Assembly (NCBI RefSeq): GCF_009914755.1
Contig: NC_060933.1
DNA from: the human T2T-CHM13v2.0 reference genome, Homo sapiens
Length of the DNA: 64,000 nucleotides
Direction: 5' to 3' (one strand)
Position numbers and translations under genes: made by a program. Every line of letters starts with the position of its first letter. Position 1 is the stretch's first letter. Under the pieces are notes generated by a model. It was not told the origin of the DNA and made no database searches. It saw nothing but the letters and a program-made list of their open reading frames with translations. This document shows, one piece after another, positions 13,901-27,130 of this stretch.

Positions 13901-16900
13901 CAATCGAATGGAATGGAATGGAATTAACCCGAATAGAATGGAATGGAATGGAAAGGAACGGAACGGAACGGAATGGAATGGATTGGAATGGAATGGAATG
14001 GAATGGAATGGAAACAACGCGAGTGCAGGGGAATGGAATGGAATGGTATGCAATGGAATGGAATCTTCCGGAATGGAATGGAATGGAATGGAATGGAATG
14101 GAATGGAATGGAATAAACCCGAGTGCAATGGAATGGAGTGGAATGGAATGGAATGGAATGGAACAACCCGAATGGAATGGAATGTAATGGAGAGTAAGGG
14201 AGTTGAATAGAATCAAACCGAATGTAATGGAATGGAATGGAACGGAATGGAATTGAATGGAATGGAATGGAATGCAATGGAATGGAATCAACCCGAGTGC
14301 AATGGAATGGAGAGGAATGGAATGGAATGGAAACTACCCGAATGGAATGGAATGGAATGGAGTGTAAGGGAATTGAATAGAATCAATCCGAATGTAATGG
14401 AAAGGAATGGAATGGAATGGAATGGAATAGAATGCAATGGAATGGAATCAACCCGAGTGCAATCGAATGGAATCGAATGGAATGGAATGCAATGGAATGG
14501 ATTCAACTTGAATGGAATGGAAAGAATGGAATCAACAGGAGTGGAATGGCATGGATTGGAATGGAATGGAATGGAATCAACCCGAGTACAGGGGAATGGA
14601 ATGGAATGGAATGCAATGGAATGGAATCATCCGGAAGGGAATGGAAAGGAATGGAATGGAATGGAATGGAATGGAATGCAAAGCAATGGAATCAACTCGA
14701 TTGCAATGGAATGGAATGGAATGGAAAGGAATACATTGGAATCAACCCGAGTGGAATGGAATCGAAAGGACTGGAATGAGTGGAATGGAATGGAATGGAA
14801 TGGAATGGAATCAATTCGATTGGAATGGAATGGAATGGAATGGAATGGAATGGAATGGAATGGAATTAACCCGAATGGAATGGAATGGAATGGAATGGAA
14901 CGGAACGGAATGGAATGGAATGGAATGGAATGGAACGGAATGGAATGGAATCAACCCGACTGCAGGGGAATGGAACGGAATGGAATGCAATGGAATGGAT
15001 TCAACTTGAATGGAATGGAAAGAATGGAATCAACACGTGTGGAATGGCATGGATTGGAATGGAATGGAATGGAATCAACCCGAGTACAGGGGAATGGAAT
15101 GGAATTGAATGCAATGGAATGGAATCATCAGTAATGGAATGGAATGGAAAGGAATGGAATGGAATGGAATGGAATGGAATAGAATGGAATGGAATCAACT
15201 CGATTGCAATCGAATGGAATGGAATGGAATTAACCCGAATAGAATGGAATAGACTGGAATGGAACGGAACGGAACGGAATGGAATGGATTGGAATGGAAT
15301 GGAATGGAATGGAACGGAAAGGAAAGGAATGGAATGGAATGGAATGGAATAGAATGGAATGGAATGGAATCAACGCGAGTGCAGGGGAATGGAATGGAAT
15401 GGAATGCAATGGAATGGAATCTTCCGGAATGGAATGGAATGGAATGGAATGGAATGGAATGGAATGGAATAAACCTGAGTGCAATGTAATGGAGTGGAAT
15501 GGAATGGAATGGAATGGAACAACCCGAATGGAATGGAATGTAATGGAGAGTAAGGGAGTTGAATAGAATCAATCCGAATGTAATGGAATGGAATGGAACG
15601 GAATGGAATTGAATGGAATGGAATGGAATGCAATGGAATGGAATCAACCCGAGTGCAATGGAATGGAGAGGAATGGAATGGAATGGAATGGAAACTACCC
15701 GAATGGAATGGAATATAATGGAGTGTAAGGCAATTGAATAGAATAAATCCGAATGTAATGGAATGGAATGGAACGGAATGGAATGGAATGGAATGGAATG
15801 GAATGGAATCAACCCGAGTGCAATGGAATGGAATCAAATGGAATGGAATGGATTCAACCCGAATGGAATGGAAAGGTATAGAATCAACCCGAGTGGAATG
15901 GCATGGAATGGAATGGAATGGAATGGAATGGAATGGAACGGAACGGAACGGAACGGAAAGGAATGGAATGGAATGGAAGGGAACGGAACGGAACGGAATG
16001 GAATGGAATGGAATGGAATGGAATGGAATGGAATCAACGCGAGTGCAGGGGAATGGAATGAAATGGAATGCAATGGAATGGAATCTTCCGGAATGCAATG
16101 GAATGGAATGGAATGGAATGAAATTCAATCTATTCAACTCGATTGCAATGGAATGGAATAGAATGGAATGGAATGGAATGGAATGGAATTAATCCGAATA
16201 GAATGGAATGGAATGGAATGGAACGGAATGGAACGGAATGGAATGGAATGGAATGGAATGGTATGGAATGGAATGGAATGGTACGGAATAGAATGGAATG
16301 GAACGAATTGTAATGGAATGGAATTGAATGGAATGGAATGGAATGGAATGGAATCAACGCGAGTGCATGGGAATGTAATGGAACGGAATGCAATGGAATG
16401 GAATCATCCGGAATGGAATGGAATGGAATGGAATGGAATGGAATGGAATGGAATGGAATCAACCCGAGTGCAATGGAATGGAGTGGAATGGAATGGAATG
16501 GAATGGAACAACCCGAATGGAATGGAATGTAATGGAGAGTAAGGGAGTTGAATAGAATCAATCCAAATGTAATGGAATGGAATGCAACGGAATGGAATGG
16601 AATGGAATGGAATGGAATGGAATGCAATGGAATTGAATCAACCCGAGTACAATGGAATGGAATGGAATGGAATGGAATGGAATGGAATGGAATGGAATGA
16701 TACGGAATAGAATGGAATGGAACGAAATGGAATGGAATGGAATGGAATGGAATGGAATGGAATGGAATGGAATGGAATGGAATCGTTCCGAGTGGAATGG
16801 GAGGGAATGTATTCGAGTGGAATGGAAAGGAATAGTATCAACCAGAGTGGAATGAAAGGGAATGGAATGGAATGGAAATTAATAGAATGGAATCAACCCG

Positions 16901-18420
16901 AGTGGAATGGAATGGAAAGGACTGGAATGGAATGGAATGGAATGGAATCAACTCGATTGTAATGGAATGGAATGGAATGGAATGGAATGGAATTAACCCG
17001 AATACAATGGAATGGAATGGAATGGAATGGAATGGAATGGAGTGGAATGGAATGGAATCAACCCGAGTGCAGGGGAATGGAATGGAATGGAATGCAATGG
17101 AATGTAATCATCCGGAATGGAATGGAATGGAATGGAATGCAAAGCAATGGAATCAACTCGATTGCAATGGAATGGAATGGAATGGAAAGGAATACATTGG
17201 AATCAACCCGAGTGGAATGGAATGGAAAGGACTGGAATGGAGTGGAATGGAATGGAATGGAATGGAATGGAATCAACTCGAATGGAATGGAATGGAATGG
17301 AATGGAATGGAATTAACCCGAATACAATGGAATGGAATGGAATGGAACGGAACGGAATGGAATGGAATGGAATGGAATGGAATGTAATGGAATGGAATGG
17401 AATCAACCCGACTGCAGGGGAATGGAATGGAATGGAACGCAATGGAATGGATTCAACTTGAATGGAATGGAAAGAATGGAATCAACACGAGTGGAATGGC
17501 ATGGATTGGAATGGAATGGAATGGAATCAACCCGAGTACAGGGGAATGGAATGGAATGGAATGCAATGGAATGGAATCATCCGTAATGGAATGGAAAGGA
17601 ATGGAATGGAATGGAATGGAATGGAATGGAATGGAATGGAATCAAATCGATTGCAATCGAATGGAATGGAATGGAATTAACCCGAATAGAATGGAATGGA
17701 ATGGAATGGAACGGAACGGAACGGAACGGAATGGAATGGATTGGAATGGAATGGAATGGAATGGAATGGAAACAACGCGAGTGCAGGGGAATGGAATGGA
17801 ATGGTATGCAATGGAATGGAATCTTCCGGAATGGAATGGAATGGAATGGAATGGAATGGAATGGAATGGAATAAACCCGAGTGCAATGGAATGCAGTGGA
17901 ATGGAATGGAATGGAATGGAACAACCCGAATGGAATGGAATGTAATGGAGAGTAAGGGAGTTGAATAGAATCAAACCGAATGTAATGGAATGGAATGGAA
18001 CGGAATGGAATTGAATGGAATGGAATGGAATGCAATGGAATGGAATCAACCCGAGTGCAATGGAATGGAGAGGAATGGAATGGAATGGAAACTACCCGAA
18101 TGGAATGGAATGTAATGGAGTGTAAGGGAATTGAATAGAATCAATCCGAATGTAATGGAATGGAATGGAATGGAATGGAATGGAATAGAATGCAATGGAA
18201 TGGAATCAACCCGAGTGCAATCGAATGGAATCGAATGGAATGGAATGCAATGGAATGGATTCAACTTGAATGGAATGGAAAGAATGGAATCAACAGGAGT
18301 GGAATGGCATGGATTGGAATGGAATGGAATGGAATCAACCCGAGTACAGGGGAATGGATTGGAATGAAATGCAATGGAATGGAATCATCCGGAAGGGAAT
18401 GGAAAGGAATGGAATGGAAT
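10910..18420. repeat. Tandem duplication of a ~3.75 kb unit (about 10910-14660 and 14660-18420)
   Basis: Shared private variants at offsets 3743-3758: ggaatcgaaaggactggaatgagtgg (~11015/14758), caacacgtgt (~11283/15031), aacaggagt (~14534/18292), ccggaagggaatggaaagg (~14631/18389). Identical translations at 11253..11450 and 15001..15198. Confidence 0.9.
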
Positions 18421-20999
18421 GGAATGGAATGGAATGGAATGGAATGGAATCAACTCGATTGCAATCGAATGGAATGGAATGGAATTAACCCGAATAGAAT
18501 GGAACGGAATGGAATGGAACGGAACGGAATGGAATGGAATGGTATGGAATGGAATGGAACGGAACGGAACGGAATGGACGGAATGGAATGGAATGGAATG
18601 GAATGGAATCAACGCGAGTGCAGGGGAATGGAATGGAATGGAATGCAATGGAATGGAATCTTCCGGAATGGAATGGAATGGAATGGAATGGAATGAAATG
18701 CAATGGATTCAACTCGAATGCAATGGAATGGAATAGAATGGAATGGAATGGAATGGAATGGAATGGAATTAACCCGAATAGAATGGAATGGAATGGAATG
18801 GAACGGAATGCAACGGAATGGAATGGAATGGAATGGAATGGAATGGAATGGTATGGAATGGAATGGATTGGTACGGAATAGAATGGAATGGAACGAATTG
18901 TATTGGAAAGGAATTGAATGGAATGGAATGGAATGGAATGGAATCAACGTGAGTGCAGGGGAATGTAATGAAACGGAATGCAGTGGCATGGAATCATCCG
19001 GAATGGAATGGAATGGAATGGAATGGAATGGAATCAACCCGAGTGCAATGGAATGGAGTGGAATGGAATGGAATGGAATGGAACAACCCGAATGGAATGG
19101 AATGTAATGGAGAGTAAGGGAGTTGAATAGAATCAATCCGAATGTAATGGAATTGAATGCAACGGAATGGAATGGAATGGAATGGAATGCAATGGAATGG
19201 AATCAACAAGAGTACAATGGAATGGAATGGAATGGAATGGAATGGAATGCCTTCAAACCGAATGGAATGGAAAGGAATGGAATCAACATTAGTGGAATGG
19301 AATGGAATGGAATGGAATGGAATGGACTGGAATGATACGGAATAGAATGGAATGGAACGAAATGGAATGGAATGGAATGGAATGGAATGGAATGGAATGG
19401 AAAGGAATGGAATCTTTCCGAGTGGAATAGGAGGGAATGTATTCGAGTGGAATGGAAAGGAATGGAATCAACCAGAGTGGAATGGAAGGGCATGGAATGG
19501 AATGGAAACTAATAGAATGGAATCAACCCGAGTGGAATGGAATGGAAAAGACTGGAATGGAAAGGAATGGAATGGAATAGAATGGAATGGAATGGAATGG
19601 AATGGAATGGAATGGAATCAACGCGAGTGCAGGGGAATGGAATGGAATCGAATGGAATGGAATGGAATGGAAAGGAATCAACCCGAGTGCAGGGGAATGT
19701 AATGGAACGGAATGCAATGGAATGGAATCATCCGGCATGGAATGGAATGCAATGGAATGGAATCAACCCGAGTGCAATGGAATGGAGTGGAATGGAATGG
19801 AATGGAATGGAACAACCCGAATGGAATGGCATGTAATGGAGAGTAAGGGAGTTGAATAGAATCAATTCGAATGTAATGGAATGGAATGCAACGGAATGGA
19901 ATGGAATGGAATGGAATGGAATGGAATGGAATGGAATGCAAAGGAATGGAATCAACCCGAGTGGAATGGCATGGAATGGAATGTAATGGATTGGAATGGA
20001 ATGGAATCAACTCGAGTGGAAACGAATGGAATAGAATGGAAAGGAATGGAATGAAGTCAACTCGAGTGGAATGGAATGGAATGGAATGGATTGGAATGGA
20101 TTGCAATGGAATGAAATGGAATGGAATGGAATGGAATCAATCATGGAAGGGAATGTAATGGAGTGGAAAGAAGGGAATGGAATCAACCCGAGTGGAATGC
20201 AAGGCAATGGAATGGAATGGAAAGGAATGGAATGGAATCAACTCGATTGCAATGGAATGGAATGGAATGGAATGGAATGGAATGGAATGGAATGGAATTA
20301 ACCGGAATAGAATGGAATGGAATGGAATGGAAAGGAATGGAACGGAATGGAATGGAATGGAAGGGAATGGAATCAACACGAGTGCAGGGGAATGGAATGG
20401 AATGGAATGCAATGAAATGGAATCATCCGGAATGGAATGGAATGGAATGGAATCAACTCCATTGCAATGGAATGGAATGGAATGGAATGGAATAGAATGG
20501 AATGGAATTAACCCGAATAGAATGGAATGCAATAGAATGGAATGCAATGGAACCGAATGGAGTGGAATGGAATGGAATGGAATCAACTCGAGTACAGACG
20601 AATGGAATGGAATGGAATGCAATGGAATGGAGTCATCCGTAATGGAATGGAAAGGAATGGAATGGAATGGAATGGAATGGAATGGAATGGAATGGAATGG
20701 AATAAACTCGATGGCAATCGCATGGAATGGAATGGAATTAACCCGAATAGAATGGAATGGAATGGAATGGAACGGAACGGAATGGAATGGAATGGAATGG
20801 AATGGAATGGAACGGAACGGAATGGAATGGAATGGAATGGAATGGAATCAACGCGAGTACAGGGGAATGGAATGGAATGCAATGCAATGGAATGGAATCT
20901 TCCGGAATGGAATGGAATGGAATTGAATGGAATGGAATGAAAGGCAATGGGTTCAACTCGATTGCAATGGAATGGAATAGAATGGAATGTAATGGAATG

Positions 21000-23900
21000 G
21001 AATGGAATGGAATGGAATGGAATGCCTTCAAACCGAATGGAATGGAAAGGAATGGAATCAACACTAGTGGAAAGGAATGGAATGGAAAGGAATGGAATGG
21101 AATGGAATGGTACGGAATAGAACGGAATGGAACGAACTGGAATGGAATGGAATGGAATGGAATGGAATGGAATGGAATGGAATCGTTCCGAGTGGAATAG
21201 GAGGGAATGTATTCGAGTGGAATGGAAAGGAATGGAATCAACCAGAGTGGAATGGAAGGGAATGGAATGTAATGGAAGCTAATAGAATGGAATCAACCCG
21301 AGTGGAATGGAATGGAAAGGACTGGAATGGAATGGAATGGAATGGAATGGAATGGAATGGAATCAACTCGATTGTAATGGAATGGAATGGAATGGAATGG
21401 AATGGAATGGAATGGAATGGAATGGAATTAACCCGAATACAATGGAATGGAATGTAATGGAACGGAATGGAGTGGAATGGAATGGAATCAACCCGAGTGC
21501 AGGGGAATGGAATGGAATGGAATACAATGGAATGGAATCATCCGGAATGGAATGGAATGGAATGGAATGCAAAGCAATGGAATCAACTCGATTGCAATGG
21601 AATGGAATGGATTGGAAAGGAATACATTGGAATCAACCCGAGTGGAATGGAATGGAAAGGACTGGAATGGAGTGGAATGGAATGGAATGGAATGGAATGG
21701 AATCAACTCGATTGGAATGGAATGGAATGGAATGGAATGGAATTAACCCGAATAGAATGGAAAGGAACGGAATGGAACGGAACGGAACGGAATGGAATGG
21801 AATGGAATGCAATGGAATGGAATGGAATGGAATGGAATGGAATCAACCCGACTGCAGGGGAATGGAATGGAATGGAATGCAATGGAATGGATTCAACTTG
21901 AATGGAATGGAAAGAATGGAATCAACACGAGTGGAATGGCATGGATTGGAATGGAATGGAATGGAATCAACCCGAGTACAGGGGAATGGAATGGAATGGA
22001 ATGCAATAGAATGGAATCATCCGTAATGGAATGGAAAGGAATGGAATGGAATGGAATGGAATGGAATGGAATGGAATGGAATGGAATCAACTCGATTGCA
22101 ATCGAATGGAATGAAATGGAATTAACCCGAATGGAATGGAATGGAATGGAATGGAATGGAACGGAACGGAACGGAATGGAATGGAATGGAATGGAATGGA
22201 ATGGAACGGAAAGGAATGGAATGGAATGGAATGGAATGGAATGGAATGGAATGGAATGGAATCAACGCGAGTGCAGGGGAATGGAATGGAATGGAATGCA
22301 ATGGAATGGAATCTTCCGGAATGGAATGGAATGGAATGGAATGCAATGGAATGGAATGGAATGGAATGGAATAAACCCGAGTGCAATGGAATGGAGTGGA
22401 ATGGAATGGAATGGAATGGAACAACCCGAATGGAATGGAATGTAATGGAGAGTAAGGGAGTTGAATAGAGTCAATCGGAATGTAATGGAATGGAATGGAA
22501 CGGAATGGAATTGAATGGAATGGAATGGAATGCAATGGAATGGAATCAACCCGAGTGCAATGGAATGGAGAGGAATGGAATGGAATGGAATGGAAACTAC
22601 CCGAATGGAATGGAAAGTAATGGACTGTAAGGGAATTGAATAGAATCAATCCGAATGTAATGGAATGGAATGGAACGGAATGGAATGCAATGGAATGGAA
22701 TGGAATGCAATGGAATGGAATCAACCCGAGTGCAATCGAATGGAATCGAATGCAATGGAATACAATGGAATGGATTCAACTTGAATGGAATGGAAAGAAT
22801 GGAATCAACACGAGTGGAAGGGCATGTATTGGAATGCAATGGAATGGAATCAACCCGAGTACAGGGGAATGGAATGGAATGGAATGCAATGGAATGGAAT
22901 CATCCGTAATGGAATGGAAAGGAATGGAATGGAATGGAATGGAATGGAATGGAATGGAATCAACACGATTGCAATCGAATGGAATGGAATGGAATTAACC
23001 CGAATAGTATGGAATGGAATGGAATGAAACGTAATGGAATGGAATGGAATGGAATGGAATGGAATGGAACGGAACAGAAAGGAATGGAATGGAATGGAAT
23101 GGAATGGAATGGAATGGAATAAACGCGAGTGCAGGGGAATGGCATGGAATGGAATGCAATGGAATGGAATCTCCCTGAATGGAATGGAATGGAATGGAAT
23201 GAAATGCAATGGATTCAACTCGATTGCAATGGAATGGAATAGAATGGAAAGGAATGGAATGGAATGGGATTAACCCGAATAGAATGGAATGGAATGGAAT
23301 GGAACGGAATGGAATGGAATGGAATGGAATGCCTTCAAACCGAATGGAATGGAAAGGAATGGAATCAAAACGAGTGCAAAGGAATGGAATGGAAAGGAAT
23401 GGAATGGAATGGAATGGTACGGAATAGAACGGAATGGAACGAACTGGAATGGAATGGAATGGAATGGAATGGAATGGAATGGAATGGAATCGTTCCGAGT
23501 GGAATAGGAGGGAATGTATTCGAGTGGAATGGAAAGGAATGGAATCAACCAGAGTGGAATGGAAGGGAATGGAATGGAATGGAAACTAATAGAATGGAAT
23601 CAACCCGAGTGGAATGGAATGGAAAGGACTGGAATGGAATGGAATGGAATGGAATGGAATGGAATCAACTCGATTGTAATGGAATGGAATGGAATGGAAT
23701 GGAATGGAATGGAATTAACCCGAATACAATGGAATGGAATGGAATGGAACGGAATGGAGTGGAATGGAATGGAATCAACCCGAGTGCAGGAGAATGGAAT
23801 GGAATGGAATGCAATGGAATGGAATCATCCGGAATGGAATGGAATGGAATGGAATCAACACGATTGCAATCGAATGGAATGGAATGGAATTAACCCGAAT

Positions 23901-26900
23901 AGAATGGAATGGAATGGATTGGAACGGAACGGAATGGAATGGAATGGAATGGAATGGAATGGAATGGAACGGAACCGAACGGAATGGAATGGAATGGAAT
24001 GGAATGGAATGGAATGGAATGGAATCAACGCGAGTGCAGGGGAATGGCATGGAACGGAATGCAATGGAATGGAATCTTCCGGAATGGAATGGAATGGAAT
24101 GGAATGGAATGGAATGAAATGCAATGGATTCAACTCGATTGCAATGGAATGGATTAGAATGGAATGGAATGGAATGGAATGGGATTAACCCGAATAGAAT
24201 GGAATGGAATGGAATGGAACGGAATGTAACGGAATGGAATGGAATGGAATGGAATGGAATGGAATGGAATGGAATGGTATGGAATGGAATGGAATGGTAC
24301 GGAATAGAATGGAATGGAACGAATTGTAATGGAATGGAATTGAATGGAATGGAATGGAATGGAATGGAATCAATGCGAGTGAAGGGGAATGTAATGGAAC
24401 GGAATGCAATGGAATGGAATCATCCGGAATGGAATGGAATGGAATGGAATGGAATGGAATCAACCCGAGTGCAATGGAATGGAATGGAATGGAATGGAAT
24501 GGAATGGAACAACCCGAAGGCAATGGAATGTAATGGAGAGTAAGGGAGTTGAATAGAATCAATCCGAATGTAATGGAATGGAATGCAACGGAATGGAATG
24601 GAATGGAATGGAATGGAATGGAATGGAATGCAAAGGAATGGAATCAACCCGAGTGGAATGGCATGGAATGGAATGCAATGGATTGGAATGGAATGGAATC
24701 AACTCGAGTGGAAAGGAATGGAATAGAATGGAAAGGAATGGAATGAAGTCAACTCGAGTGGAATGAAATGGAATGGAATGGAATCAATCATGGAAGGGAA
24801 TGTAATGGAGTGGAAGAAGGGAATGGAATCAACCCGAGTGGAATGCAAGGCAATGGAAAGGAATGGAAAGGAATGGAATGGAATCAACTCGATTGCAATG
24901 GAATGGAATGGAATGGAATGGAATGGAATGGAATGGAATGGAATGGAATGCCTTCAAACCGAATGGAATGGAAAGGAATGGAATCAACACGAGTGCAATG
25001 GAATGGAATGGAAAGGAATGGAAAGGAATGGAATGGTACGGAATAGAACGGAATGGAACGAACTGGAATGGAATGGAATGGAATGGAATGGAATGGAATG
25101 GAATGGAATCGTTTCGAGTGGAATAGGAGGGAATGTATTCTAGTGGAATGGAAAGGAATGGAATCAACACGAGTGGAATGGAAGGGAATGGAATGGAATG
25201 GAAACTAACAGAATGGAATCAACCCGAGTGGAATGGAATGGAAAGGACTGGAATGGAATGGAATGGAATGGAATGGAATGGAATCAACTCGATTGTAATG
25301 GAATGGAATGGAATGGGATGGAATGGAATGGAATTAACCCGAATACAATGGAATGGAATGGAATGGAACGGAATGGAGTGGAATGGAATGGAATCAACCC
25401 GAGTGCAGGGGAATGGAATGGAATGGAATGCAATGGAATGGAATCATCCGGAATGGAATGGAATGGAATGGAATGCAAAGCAATGGAATCAACTCGATTG
25501 CAATGGAATGGAATGGAATGGAAAGGAATACATTGGAATCAACCCGAGTGGAATGGAATGGAAAGGAATGGAATGGAGTGGAATGGAATGGAATGGAATG
25601 GAATGGAATTAACCCGAATAGAATGGAAAGGAATGGAATGGAACGGAACGGAACGGAACGGAACGGAATGGAATGGAATGGAATGGAATGGAATGGAATG
25701 GAATGGAATCAACCCGACTGCAGGGGAATGGAATGGAATGGAATGCAATGGAATGGATTCAACTTGAATGGAATGGAAAGAATGGAATCAACACGAGTGG
25801 AATGGCATGGATTGGAATGGAATGGAATGGAATCAACCCTAGTACAGGGGAATGGAATGGAATGTAATGCAATGGAATGGAATCATCCGTAATGGAATTT
25901 AAAGGAATGGAATGGAATGGAATGGAATGGAATGGAATGGAATGGAATCAACTCGATTGCAATCGAATGGAATGGAATGGAATTAACCCGAATGGAATGG
26001 AATGGAATGGAATGGAAGGGAACGGAACGGAACGGAATGGAATGGAATGGAATGGAATGGAATGGAATGGAATGGAACGGAAAGGAATGGAATGGAATGG
26101 AATGGAATGGAATGGAATGGAATGGAATCAACGCGAGTGCAGGGGAATGGAATGGAATGGAATGCAATGGAATGGGATCTTCTGGAATGGAATGGAATGG
26201 AATGGAATGGAATGGAATGGAATGGAATGAAATGGAATAAACCCGAGTGCAATGGAATGGAGTGGAATGGAATGGAATGGAATGGAACAACCCGAATGGA
26301 ATGGAATGGAATGGAGAGTAAGGGAGTTGAATAGAATCAATCCGAATGTAATGGAATGGAATGGAACGGAATGGAATTGAATGGAATGGAATGGAATGCA
26401 ATGGAATGGAATCAACCCGAGTGCAATGGAATGGAGAAGAATGGAATGGAATGGAATGGAAACTACCCGAATGGAATGCAATGTAATGGAGTGTAAGGGA
26501 ATTGAATAGAATCAATCCGAATGTAATGGAATGGAATGGAACGGAATGGAATGGAATGGAATGGAATGGAATGGAATGCAATGGAATGGAATCAACCCGA
26601 GTGCAATCGAATGGAATCGAATGGAATGGAATGCAATGGAATGGATTCAACTTGAATGGAATGGAAAGAATGGAATCAACACGAGTGGAAGGGCATGGAT
26701 TGGAATGCAATGGAATGGAATCAACCCGAGTACAGGGGAATGGAATGGAATGGAATGCAATGGAATGGAATCATCCGTAATGGAATGGAAAGGAATGGAA
26801 TGGAATGGAATGGAATGGAATGGAATGGAATGGAATGGAATGGAATCAACACGATTGCAATCCAATGGAATGGAATGGAATTAACCCGAATAGAATGGAA

Positions 26901-27130
26901 TGGAATGGAACGGAACGGAACGGAATGTAATGGAATGGAATGGAATGGAATGGAACGGAACGGAACGGAATGGAATGGAATGGAATGGAATGGAATGGAA
27001 TGGAATGGAATCAACGCGAGGGCAGGGGAATGGAATGGAATGGAATGCAATGGAATGGAATCTTCCGGAATGGAATGGAATGGAATGAAATGCAATGGAT
27101 TCAACTCGATTGCAATGGAATGAAATAGAA
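21000..27130. repeat. Direct duplication inside the inverted block: about 21000-23240 repeated at 24940-27130 (offset ~3.9 kb), more diverged
   Basis: The same word order runs from gccttcaaacc (~21023/24950) through cgaactgg, gactgcagggg (~21850/25716), ggaagggcatg (~22816/26687) and caacacgattgc (~22961/26847). Confidence 0.7.
23850..24900. repeat. ~1 kb block duplicated at about 28620-29700 (offset ~4.75 kb)
   Basis: Shared gggattaacccg (~24181/28939) and caatcatggaaggg. Near-identical translations at 24549..24746 and 29302..29499. Confidence 0.75.
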
